Source: Podarcis muralis
Taxonomy: Eukaryota
Length of the DNA: 64,000 nt
Assembly: GCF_964188315.1 (NCBI RefSeq)
Contig: NC_135666.1
Location: 22,940,001-23,004,000, forward strand
Reading direction: 5' to 3'
Part shown: positions 38,789 through 50,659 of the stretch, in pieces
Layout of the letters: every line of letters starts with the position of its first letter
Position numbering within the stretch: the first letter of the stretch is position 1
Translations under genes and position numbers: made by a program
Notes under the pieces: model-generated
Told to the model about the DNA's origin: nothing
Seen by the model: only the letters and a program-made list of their open reading frames with translations
The model's database searches: none

Positions 38789-39003
38789 CAGTGGTACCTC
38801 GGGTTACAGACGCTTCAGGTTACAGACTTCGCTAACCCAGAAATAGTACCTCGGGTTAAGAACTTTGCTTCAGGATGAGAACAGAAATTGCACAGCGGCA
38901 GCAGGAGGTCCCATTAGCTAAAGTGGTGCTTCAGGTTAAGAACAGTTTCAGGTTAAGAACGGACCTCCAGAACGAATTAAGTTCTTAACCTGAGGTACCA
39001 CTG
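38789..39003. mobile_element. Tc1/mariner MITE, family A
   Basis: CAGTGGTACCTC...GAGGTACCACTG with TA TSD. Confidence 0.92.
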
Positions 39004-39030
39004 TACAGTGTATTTAGTATTATGTGCTGG

Positions 39031-39262
39031 ATTTGGATTTGATATCCCGCCTTTCACTCCCCTTCAGGAGTCTCAAAGCGGCTAACAATCTCCTTTCCCT
39101 TCCTCCCCCACAACAAACACTCTGTGAGGTGAGTGGGGCTGAGAGACTTCAAAGAAGTGTGACTGGCCCAAGGTCACCCAGCAGCTGCATGTGGAGGAGC
39201 GGAGACGCGAACCCAGTTACCCAGATTACGTGACTACCGCTCTTAACCACTACACCACACTG
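39031..39262 (-). mobile_element. Squam3-like tRNA-derived SINE
   Basis: Reverse complement of cagtgtggtgtagtggttaagagcgg...gcgggatatcaaatccaaa; nearly identical to 62719-62950. Confidence 0.88.
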
Positions 39263-40374
39263 CTGAAGCAAGCATGAGGTTACATTGTAGGCACCTGCCA
39301 AACGTCCTTTGGGAAGGCATTTGATAACTACAGTTCCCAGCAATCTTAAACTAAGGTTCCCAGGTTTCTTTGTGGGGCGAGGTGTGCTTTAAATGTACGG
39401 TGATTACACAGCCTTAATTTAATAGGATTTACTCTCGAGTAAGCCGGGTCAGGGTTGCAGCATCCTCCCAGTATCAGAGGTGGTATTTACTCTGAAAGAC
39501 AAAACTCATCAAAATATGGCAAGAGCGGGCATTTGCACCTACCTGTACAGCTAGCCTAAATACTGTTTACTGAAGTCATACTAATTTCAAAACAGACGTG
39601 CTTCTGCTTCAGAATGCAGCATTAGGCAAGAAACCAGACACTGGTATGTAATATTTTTGCTGTCAGCCACAGTAAATGAAACTGTAATTTAATCCAGCTT
39701 TATCAAAGAGTAACAGACTCGAATAAGTTTTTAAAAAGCCCAACACTGCTAGAATTATGCTCGGTTTAAGCACGCTTTGCCAAGATTTCTGTTTTGAGAC
39801 AAATTAAAGTAAATTCTTCTGCTGTGCCTATGTTTGGTCAAGTATAACTGTCTCAGGACTTTCACTTTAATGCATTTTCCTAGGAAAATTCACAGCAAAT
39901 TAAAAGGAATCACAAGAACATGAAGTACACATTGGCTATAAATATAGCTCCGTGCCGTTTTGTGCTGCAGTTTAATTGGTATTGTTTTTAAAATTTTCTC
40001 TTGCCCATAAATGCCCCCCCACACTAACACTTTTTTTAAAGCAGAGAGAGAGATGTTCTTAATTATTTGGTTTCCTAAATATTCTCCAGCATGGCCTATT
40101 AAAAATAATTTGAATGATGCAACAGCCATATGCAAACGAAATAAACTGCTGCAGGTACATGCCTTGCATTTAATCACCTGCCTCGTCATCATAGACAATT
40201 GGTTGGGACATACTTTGGGGTCTCAGCCTAACCCAATATGGGTTGCAACAGCAGCATGACCACTATGCAAATACATGGTAAAACAAAAACAGAAGAAGAA
40301 ATGGGTTCCCAAACGTATGTTTGCATTAAAGGCGGGTCTGATAAAGTTGAAAACTAGTTTCAAAGGTGACGTAG

Positions 40375-40727
40375 TAAAGGTAAAGGGATCCCTGACCATT
40401 AGGTCCAGTCATGGACGACTCTGGGGTTGTGGCGCTCATCTCGCTTGATTGGCAGAGGGAGCCGGCGTACAGTTTCCAGGTCATGCGGCCAGTATGACTA
40501 AGTCACTTCTGGCGAACCAGAGCAGCGCACGGAAACACTGTTTACCTTCCCGCCGGAGCGGTACCTATTTATCTACTTGCACTTTTGACGTGCTTTCGAA
40601 CTGCTAGGTTGGCAGGAGCAGGGACCGAGCAACGGGAGCTCACCCCGTCGCGGGGATTCAAACTGCTGACCTTCTGATTGGCAAGCCCTAGGCTCTGTGG
40701 TTTAACCCACAGCGCCACCCGCGTCCC
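40375..40727 (-). mobile_element. Sauria-type SINE, full length
   Basis: Reverse-complement head and tail; 14-bp TSD caaaggtgacgtag / cataggtgacatag (12/14). Confidence 0.93.
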
Positions 40728-41407
40728 CATAGGTGACATAGAATTATATGAAAAATAAATAGGCCACCAGCTACCATAGAGCACTTGGGGATGGAGTGCT
40801 GCCTCCCTCCCTTCCTCCAGCAGCTCCCCTGGGTCTTCCTGCAGCACATGGAGAAGGAAACTTTGCTTCCTCGACACCCAGCACTGAAATCAAGAAGAGG
40901 GGATGTGGCACTCTGACCGCTCCCCTGTGGAAGCCCCCTGCATTGCTATGCTAGGCATGGAGAAGAGGAAGATACATCCTCTGGGCTCAGCATAGAGGTC
41001 ACATTCACAGAATGCATTTAAAGCACTGTGACACCACTTTAAATAGTAATAGCTCCCCCCCCCCCAGGAATCATGGGAGCTGTAGTTTTGTTAAAGGTGC
41101 TGAGAGTTAGGAGGTCCCTATGCCCCCCTCAGAGAGCTACAGTTCCCAGAGTGGTTTGACAAGTCAATCCCTCATCACAGAGAACTCTGGGATCATTGTC
41201 TATCACAATGATCAGCCCCTTAACAAAATACAGCTCTTAGGACTCTTTTGGGGGAAGCCATTACTAGGGGACGTATCATAGTGCTTTAAGTGTACAGTGC
41301 GAATGTGGCTGACTTTGCTAGCCTGCTTTTTACTCACTAGAAGAGCTGGTAGATGAGGAACAGAACACTCTGTCTGCAACACTCTCATGAGTAACAAGCA
41401 GAGAGAT

Positions 41408-41465
<58 letters not shown>
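41408..41465. repeat. (AAC)n microsatellite
   Basis: About 19 units. Confidence 0.98.
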
Positions 41466-43554
41466 GGCAGGCTTAGAAACTTTTGAGGGCTTATTTATAA
41501 GGTCGGCATACACGCATTTACCTGGAGGTGCACCTGACGGGTTAACAAATATTTGACCTAGCCAGAATAGTAGCCGCCAGCACTGTCTTCACAGCAATCC
41601 TCATTTGAACCCCCACCCAACTTCAAGCAGTGGTAGAAACTCTAGAGCAATTATATGAAAGGGAATGAAACCTTCCAGCAAGCTTATCATGTAAAAGGCA
41701 AAACACCATGATAAGGATAGGTAGAAAGGGAAGAAGAAGCAGAGGTTAAATGGAACTTGAAAACCTATCAAGCAACTACAAGAGAGAGGTTATGGAGGTC
41801 TGGAGGAAGAGTTCCAGAAAAAGGGGAAAGGAAGGAGAAAGGAAAAAGAAAACTGTAGCAGAGATGAAGATGAAGAGAAAAGGGAGCCAAAGAGTAAGGC
41901 AATCTAAAGTTGTCTTCATCTGGGGACTTCATATTGCAAACAGATTTTTAAAAAAAACCAGTTTAGATGAGGGAGAAATACAGACTGGAATTTTGATGCC
42001 GACAACGTCAGCATCAAAAAAATCTGCATGTATGCAGAGCACATCTCCTACAAATAAATGCCTATCTAGAAGCAACTTAAACTGGATTTGATAACAAAAA
42101 CAGAAGCCAGTGAAGGAAAGGAAAACATGGGGAAATGGAATGAGCAACAGAGTTAAGAATGAAGCGAACCAGGGAACTGTTGGAGGGGGAGAAGCTTATT
42201 CTTTCCCAACTTGATTAGTATTAACAGAATAAATACTAGAGAATAAATCATATCACACCCACACCATATGTTTAAAGCCCCCAAAGAGTCCTGAGAACCA
42301 TCGTTTGTTAAAGATGCTGGGAACTGTAGCTCTGTGAGGGATAAACTACAGCTCCCAGGATTCTTTGGGGGAAAGTAATGTGTTTTAAATGCACTTCAGA
42401 TGTATGGTGTGGGTGTGACCTATCTGTTAAAACAATGCAACAAAGACAGTCAAGAGAATGCGTGAGAGAAAGTCTTATTGGGAGGGTCCCCCATGTTTGT
42501 GAGTAGATGGAGAGAAAATATTCAATAAAATATTATATGTGCACCTACCATAGTATATTTGCAGCAGGACGGAAGACAGTGAATGTTAGCAACATAACAA
42601 CAATAGCAATTGCAATGCACATAGCTTGCTATAAGAATTAATAGTTGTTGGTGTAAATTTTGAAGACTCAGAAATTCCCCGTTCCCCAACAAAGCTTACT
42701 GTTACAAGTAAAGAAGGGCCGATTCCTAGCAGGGAATTTTATTTCACCAAGCAAACGGTGTTATCACAGCAGACCAGGTTATGGAAGGTTGTTGCAACAT
42801 GTTTAAGAAATCTATTTACATATTTGTTTCTACTGCAGAGAAAGGAGAAAAGTGGTGAGATAGGTGCTGCATCAATCACATGGTGCAACGAGACCTTAAA
42901 CCAAATCACTAGGTATGAAGCAAGATGTTCACATAAAACAAAAAACTAGACAAAAAATACAAATGCAAAAACATATCTTTATGTGTAGTTAATTGCGCTC
43001 ATTCATCATGACCTCCAAACAATTTGCTTTTGCAGAGTCAGTTATCCAACAAGTAATCTAATATGAACAAGCCTCAGAGCATCACTTCCTGTATCTATGA
43101 ATAGGTTTACCTAGTAAAGCAATAAATATTTTAACCTTAGCTGGTGCTCCTGTTCAGACTGAGCAGCTTCAGAATGGAAAGACAGAAGCTGGAACAATTG
43201 AAGTGATGATGGAATGTTTGACTTCTTGTCACCAGCAATTCATTAAACTACTTTGGGCACCAGTGAACTGTCCACAGTGGATGCTATTGCTTTCAAAGTT
43301 ATCCATCCTTGAAACAGATAGCAAAATGCATTTTCAGCACACTGGGCTAAGAAACTCTTAGTTCTGCAGTATTCAGGAAGGAGGGTTCTTTATGTTTTAT
43401 TAAAAACATTTTTAATAAACACAAAACTATAATTTGCAGGGTCCAAAGAATAAGATGTTCTATTGTATGTGTCCTTAAGCCTTCTGCTGCACATGGACTA
43501 ATTGTGCAACTAACTTGAATTTTTATGATTATTTGTATTTATTTATTGTAATTC

Positions 43555-43760
43555 GCCTGTTTCTTCAAGAAGCTACAGGTGGTATACATGGTTCTTCTCC
43601 CCCCCCCCCTTAATTAAGCCCCACAACAACCCTGTGAGGTAGGTTAGGCTGAGAGGTGGTGATTGGTCCAGGTCACCCAGTGAGTTTATGGCTGAGTGGG
43701 GATTTGAACCTTGGTCCCCAGGTCCTAGTCTGACATTCTAACCACTACATCCCACTGGCT
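43555..43760 (-). mobile_element. Older Squam3-like SINE
   Basis: cacaacaaccctgtgaggtaggttaggctgag...ggtcacccagtgag...ggatttgaacc...ctaaccactaca. Confidence 0.8.
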
Positions 43761-44079
43761 TGTAATGGCCAACTGTTGAACGCATTAAGATAATACTTCA
43801 TTCCATTACTCACTCACTCATAACCTCTGGGGACTCCTCTGCACCCAGTGAAGCAAAGCATTATCTATTAGGCTTTACAAGAAACATGCCAGGAGGGGGG
43901 GAAACAAAGATGCCTATCCATGGTTAAGATGATAGAAGTCACATGGAGGACACAAGTGTAACCATGTGACTTTTCATAACATGACTGTGCAGGACAAAAG
44001 CAACGAAGGACAACCTTCTGACAGCACCCATGCCAGTTCAGTTAATTCAAGGAGGATAAGGGTGCTGCTATTGGCTACT

Positions 44080-44230
44080 TGCCACAATTGCTATGTTCTG
44101 CCTCCAGGCAGAAATGCTTCTGAGTACCAGTTGATGGAAACCATGGGAGGGTAGAGGGCTCTTGTGCTCAGGAATTTCCCACCGGTTATCTCAGTAGCCA
44201 ACATGAGACTAGGATGTTGGACTAGATGGG
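44080..44230 (+). mobile_element. CR1 3'UTR remnant
   Basis: gctatgttctgcctcc...gcttctgagtaccagttg...ggatgttggactagatgggccattgg, resembles 52735-52900. Confidence 0.6.
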
Positions 44231-44286
44231 CCATTGGTAGATAGGAGAGAGCATAAATGTATTTCAAAATGGACTTCTTAGCTCTG

Positions 44287-44430
44287 AAAAGCACCATTTC
44301 TCCCTCTGGCATGGTGCCATGGTTAGAGAAGGGAGAGAGAAGAAAAAGGAGACCTCCTTTTTTGTTTCCCAGACCTCTCTCCAAGTCCTTCTAACCATGG
44401 TGCCATGCCAGAGGGAGAAATGATGCTTTT
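44287..44430. repeat. Nested hairpin (foldback) element, about 144 bp
   Basis: 41-bp outer inverted arms (44287-44327 / 44390-44430; 3 DNA mismatches) plus an inner perfect 9-bp inverted repeat aaaaaggag / ctccttttt (44343-44362). Confidence 0.85.
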
Positions 44431-46815
44431 ACCTTAGAAAAGTAAGTAAGTACCCAATCTGGGAAGAGGGTGGTGGGTCAGTAAAACTCCATTGCCATGG
44501 CAGGAGAACAAGCTCCATGTCTAAGCTCTGGAATGGGCACAAAACACAAAGGTGGCATTCAGACAGTTGCTTACAAAAAGACTGGGCATTAATTGCCAGC
44601 TAGGAGATTTAGCTACTACAGCCATGCTCAAGACTAAAAACACATCCAAATATCACCATTCACATCCTGCCAGCCCTCCATGTCTACAACATGTGCTAGA
44701 GAATATTGCCAATGACCTGTGTCCTCCCCTCTGTCCTTCCTTTCTGGCCTACATTCAATTTCAACAATCCAGGGCATTCTTGCTTAAATGTCAACCAAGC
44801 TAACAAAACTGCTGGCGCTCTCTCATAACCTAATTATCAACTTGGAAAACAAATGAGAAAAGGAGAGTGCAATCTCCTTTCATGACAGCACATAGTGAGG
44901 ACACTGTTGTGAGCAGCTGAACAGTTGAATAATTGACCATTTCGGTAACCCCAAAAATTTAGCAGCAAGGAGAGTTTCAGATTGAAGCTTTCCAGCATAG
45001 CATTTTATGAACATTAATAGCTGCTCTAATGGATGGGCCAAAGGCTCATCCTGTCCTCACAGTAGCCAATCAGTTGCTTATGAAATATCCACAAGCAGGA
45101 CACTAATACAAGTGTCATCTTTTCAAAAGTCATTTTTTTTAAAAAAATGAAATTGGCATTAGTAAGTCTGCCTATGACCCTGATGTAACACTATAGGAAA
45201 CCTACATAACTTGGTGTTCTGCAGCGTTGTACTTATTAACAAGCCCTCATCCTAAACACATGCATGCTGGTACAACAGGACAATTCAGACATGCATTTCC
45301 ATCACTTAAAGACTTACAAGAATTCAGTCAAGAATAAGTAGATTGAAAGGAGGAGCACCATCTCTAGCTGTGTTCACATGCTAGAGCTTCAATGGCTGCT
45401 CTGACTCTCTTACACAGTCCCCATCGGCCAACAGAACTTCCTTCTTAACTGGCAGGTGTCCTGTGCGTGGTTTCCTGCAGAAGCTTTTACTGAAAATTAT
45501 CAAAAACTCAGCAGTCACAGAAAGTAGATGCACACAAGGAAGATAGGCTGAGAATCTGCAGAAGCGCACACCTATAGCAAGAATGTTATTATGGTGCAAG
45601 CAAGACACACTGGGCATGTGCACATGCAATGCTAGTCTATAAAATGAAGTTTCATAAGTTGCACTGTGCAAGAACTGTCTGCTCCCACTTTGCTCCTCCA
45701 TTCATGTGAGTAGGCGCACAAAACCACAAAGGATTTAGTTTACTGTGACATCTGAACCCTAAACCGTGACTTCTTGTTGGTCTAGCAGTCATAAGTTGCT
45801 AGGACAAAACAAACCACAATCACAGGTTCAGACACCATGCTACACTAAAAACTTTATAAACTGGTATACTGCGCATCCCGTTCACAATTTTGCTTACTAA
45901 ATCATAATTGATAGCTTAACGTTATATGCAAGCACAGCCTTGGAAAATCTGAGGAAAACAGGGTAAGCTGTGCTACACATACAGCCCATCTTGATTCTGC
46001 AGTACAAAACATACCAGGGCTGTCAATTATTCACATTTACGTTCCATGAGGCTGACTGGGGTAATAGAATCAGTGCAGCTTTGTTTCACTTTGTTGATAT
46101 TGACTTTTCCCCATAGATGTTCTTTGCACCTGCAGATATGCTGGGGCTTCACTAAGTTACACTTGCTTAAGAGAGAGAGGGCAACTGAAAGCACTCTCTT
46201 CTGATGACTTAAGGAAGCCTTTGCTCAGAAAGGTTCTTCTAACGAAGGAGCTCTAAACTCTTTGGATATTAATTATTTATACATAACTTTTTCAAACTAA
46301 TTTTCAAAAGCTGCTTATGTTGAGAGAGAGAGAGATTATAGCAATAAAACAATACTGTTGTTCTTCATAAACTAATTGCACGCCATTCCCCGTGATCAGG
46401 GACTGTGCATCAAGCAGAGCTTTTAGCCTCCTCCATGATCTTCCCACTCCTTAAACCAATTATCTTTGATATCTGCATTAGCAATTAAACAGAAGAAAGG
46501 ACTTCATGCATCCCTGAAGGTGGTTGCAGATGCCTGTGGCTCTGAGGGTCATCTGCATAGAAACCCTATCTGGGACCAAGGCTGCCTTAGGAACCGTCTT
46601 ATTGCTGAAACAGCTGCCCATATGAGATTGTCTGAAAATTCAGATAGGATGGTTTTTTTAAATCCCAGGAATCCAGTTCCCTATACTGTTGCATTTGCAA
46701 CAACTCTTTATGCAGGAAAATTGAGTTTAATGACAAAACCAATAATATGACAATTAGAAATAGGTAAGAAAAGTGTCTTCTTTGTCTAAATTAATACACT
46801 ATGTAAGATTTAAGG

Positions 46816-46954
46816 CAACGGTGGGGAAACTGAGGCCCTCCAGATGTTACTGGCCTAAGACTTTTAATCATCCCTGACTATTGCACATGCAAAGTTGAGG
46901 CTGATGGGAGTTGCAGTTTCATAACATCTGGAAGCCACAGTTCCTTCATCCCCA
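46816..46954. mobile_element. hAT-type palindromic MITE (older copy)
   Basis: Same body as 15902-16037; 8-bp flanks atttaagg / atttaaag. Confidence 0.7.
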
Positions 46955-48359
46955 ATTTAAAGCGAGGGACAGCAAGGTAAATTCCTAATCAGATTGATTT
47001 CTTTTATGGAGTATAACAAGGAACACAGGTTGCTGCCCAAATTAAATTATGACTTTAGAACATTGTGAAATCTTGAACTGAAGATGCCTGTCGATGAATG
47101 CAGAATTCTGTTGGATGATTTTTCATCTGATTACAAATATTTTTTAAAAAAATTCTATTTAGGGGAGGTATTAGATTTTTTTGAAGAATTATGGTTATTG
47201 AGGGCTGCATTTGCAGTTAGAGTTTCCTGGAATCACAACACAGTAAAATACAACACATGAGAAATGAAAGCAGTAATGAAAACACAATTCAAAAACCATA
47301 CAGCATATAGCACAGTGCACTGCAATTGCTATAGCAGATAGAAAAATCCTTAAGTGATCTAGCAAGACCCTCAGCAATTTCCAAGTTGTTGCGGGGGGAG
47401 GGGGGAGTTTGGGAAGCACTGTTCCAGTCTACAAAACTTATAAATAAATATCTACACTGTAACGGAGAAGAGATGACCTCAGTGTGCCAATACCACAGGC
47501 CTCCTTTAGGTGTCAGTGCGCCACAACAGGATATAGAAGCAACTATGCATTACTTGAATGCCTCAGAACATTTCAATTTGCTTAAATTAGGTTTAGACTG
47601 TGTTATCACCACAATACATCTTAAGCCAAACATTATCCAGCTTCTTTTAATTTAAGAAGAACGTAAGCCTTGACTGCACACCGGTGAACTTTGCTTCTTA
47701 CAAAGAGGACATGAAATATGATTCAGGAGGCAAATGGAATCCTGTATCAATGCCCTACCCAAAGTAGATGCTCTGAAATTAATGGACTGAAGTTAGTTGT
47801 GTCCATTAATTTCATTGTGTCTACAAACCAAGTCAGATACTTCGAAGAGTATCATTTTAGAGTATCATCCCATATAGGGTTCTTTAAGGTGCTGCAGAAG
47901 TACTCTTGGGGGGGGACAGGGACCAGTGACAATGGAGCAATGCCAATCACTCACATAGTTAAGGAACGTACTTTACCACCACTGCATCTTATTTATAATT
48001 GTGGTAGCACAAATGTTAACCGTAGTTAATACCGAGCCATGTTGGCTCCAGGATTATTAGCTGGTTAAAAATCCTAGCTAGGAGCGAACTGGGAATGGCA
48101 CTGGCCACAGTTCATTTATATGCAGACATGGTTAACCCTGGTTGAGGCCACTGGCAGCAAGCAGGGGAAATTTATGTGCAAAAAGATAAACAACCCCACA
48201 GCCCTCTTCTGTAAAAGGCAGTCGGTATTATGACTGTAGTGGCCCGTTGACACAGTCACGAAAACAAGCACACACTGAAACATGTTGAGGCTCAGTTTCA
48301 GAATTCCCATGCCAATATCTGTTCCAAAGATTTTAGCTATTATGTCACACTCACTTAAG

Positions 48360-48506
48360 TAGTGCTTTTTTCTGGGGGGGACGCAGGGGTACACGTACCC
48401 CTAAACATTTTATGAATCTAAGTTTGGCCTCATTGAGGGGCAGTATTTCAATGTGAGTAGGAAAATGAGTGTACCCCTAAATATTTTTTTTAGAAAAAAA
48501 GCACTG
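48360..48506. mobile_element. hAT-type MITE with (C)AGTGCTTTTTT TIR
   Basis: Termini tAGTGCTTTTTTCT...AGAAAAAAAGCACTG; perfect 8-bp TSD cacttaag (48352-48359 and 48507-48514). Confidence 0.88.
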
Positions 48507-48965
48507 CACTTAAGTATAGGTGAAACACTGTAAGGGGCAAAGCATGTATATTAAGTAACTGGCTGTAGTTAAGCAAGCATGACTTTCAAGAAGAAACAGA
48601 TTCCTAAATGGAAATATGAAGTATCATATAATATAGGCACACAACTGTGTTTTCCTTATACCAACCAGTGTTCCCTACAAGATATTCATTAAAACACAGA
48701 TTCTTCCATATTGCTAGAAACAACTTCTGTTTTTATGCCTCATAAAGAGTGTACATGTGTATTTCGGGAGCAGTTGGAAAAAAATAAGCTTTTATTATCT
48801 TGAAAACACCATCCAAAACTGGATTTATAGCTCAATCCCACCAGAACATTGTTGGCAACAAGGCATAATCCTATTTTTGGCCAAATTTAGGATGCTACAT
48901 TTTTTTCTTGATCTATGAAAACACAAATGAAAACAAAATGCAAAATAAATTTGTTCTGTTGTTTA

Positions 48966-49010
<45 letters not shown>
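48966..49010. repeat. (AAT)n microsatellite
   Basis: About 15 units. Confidence 0.98.
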
Positions 49011-49011
<1 letters not shown>

Positions 49012-49708
49012 TGTCAGTTTTCAAGAACACATCGCTAAACTTTATGCTACAGTAAACAGCCAGTCCATGGTAGATAATGAAAAAGCCATAGCCAGGAAAA
49101 TTTAGTGTTCAATTTATCATCTTGTCAAGCAATTATGGATTTAACATTCATTTCACCAAAATGTGTTTTCACATTCGCCGACATTGTAGAACTTGGCTTG
49201 TGGTCAGGAGAAGGAAAATGTGATAAGTGAACAATTACACGGCATAGCTACTGCCAAAGAAAGAGCGACTAACTAGGGAGAAGGACTGTGCCATATCGTT
49301 GAATACCAGCGTTGAAGGAACATCAGGAGAAGTGCTTCAACAAGGCAATATACTGGTGGAGAAAAGGTGGCCACTTAACAACTTCCCAGGAGGTAGCTCA
49401 GCTGAACCAATACTTTACAGATACTTTGCAGATAATTTGCAGGCACAGTGTCTACAGCTTTGCTGCTAATTATGCAGAGCCCACTAACAAGATAGGAGAA
49501 ACCCCCCACAGCTAGACAATCAAAGATCCAGTGGCAAAGTGAACAAAAAACATAAACAAAGAATTGGAAAGCACTTCTTTCTTTTAGAAAAAAAGAGGGG
49601 AAAGAATTTTTGTTTTTGTTTTCTGCTGGTGTTTATGTTGTTGGTTCCCCCTAAATAGCTTTCCTCCCTATTAGAAAAGGAAGGGTTTTATTTATTTAAA
49701 GGAGACTA

Positions 49709-49934
49709 CAGTGGACTACAGGGTTAAGTACTTAATTCGTTCCAGAGGTCTGTACTTAACCTGAAACTATTCTTAACCTGAAGCACCACTTTAGCTAATG
49801 GGGCCTCCTGCTGCCGCTGCGCCACTAGAGCACGATTTCTGTTCTCATCATGAAGCAAAGTTCTTAACCCGAGGTACTATTTCTGAGTTAGCGGAGTCTG
49901 TAACCTGAAGCGTATGTAACCCGAGGTACCACTG
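49709..49934. mobile_element. Tc1/mariner MITE, family A (opposite orientation)
   Basis: Reverse complement of the 38789-39003 element; TA on both sides; left TIR partly mutated. Confidence 0.88.
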
Positions 49935-50387
49935 TATCTTTTTGTTTGCTTGCCCTCCCTCCCTTTGATTAAAAGGGAGAGATTGGTGGGATGAGGGCCA
50001 TTGGGGAGCGGGGGCTTCTGTTGGGGGGGAATGTAGGGGAGAAGATTTAGCTGGCTGCCTTATGCTGAAATGGCAGGCTGGGTACTATGTGAGAATGATG
50101 GGGAGGGTGCTTTTCAGGAAGCAGCGCAAGCAAATGCGTGTCTACTCACAAGCAAGCCCTACTGAATTCAAAGAGGCTTACTCCCAGGAAAGTAGAAGTA
50201 AGTTTAGTTGAACTCAGTGGGGCTTATGCATGCATAGATTCCACTTAGACCTGTGAGTGGGGAAGCAGATGCAACTTGACTAGTAAATCACTTAAACTAC
50301 TCTTAAATTAGCTGAAAATCTATTAAATATATTATATGGAACGTTATTTAATATTTTTTAAAAATCTACTACTTCCTTACATTTTAA

Positions 50388-50659
50388 GGCCCTCCACCGC
50401 CTTGGGGAGCCTCGTCAATGCCCTCTGCAGTAGGGAGGCACAGTGCACCCTCCACCGCCATGGGGAAGCATGGCGGGACCCTCTGCCACTGAGGGGAGGC
50501 GCAAGACCCTCTGCTGCTGCGAAGTGCGGCGCAACCTCCGCCACCGTGGGAGGCCCAGCAAGGCCCTCTGCCGCCACAGATATCATGATGTATGAAGATA
50601 TTGTGATATTTAGCTGGTGATATATCGTGATGTTGAAAACCAGATATAGTCTAGCCCTA
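50388..50659. repeat. GC-rich degenerate minisatellite within a probable DNA-transposon end
   Basis: About 7 imperfect 28-32 bp units starting ccctc(c/t)(a/g)c in 50388-50578, then gatat-rich subterminal motifs ending in GCCCTA. Confidence 0.5.

Noticed and set aside
43635-43655. TGAGGTAGGTT resembling a let-7 family miRNA (also near 55977)
   Set aside because: Internal to a Squam3-like SINE; no precursor hairpin and no match beyond the seed.
47764-47804. 14-bp inverted repeat tgaaattaatggac / gtccattaatttca
   Set aside because: Resembles a short AT-rich hairpin repeat with decayed relatives elsewhere in the window (e.g. about 5520-5580); too short and common to flag as novel.
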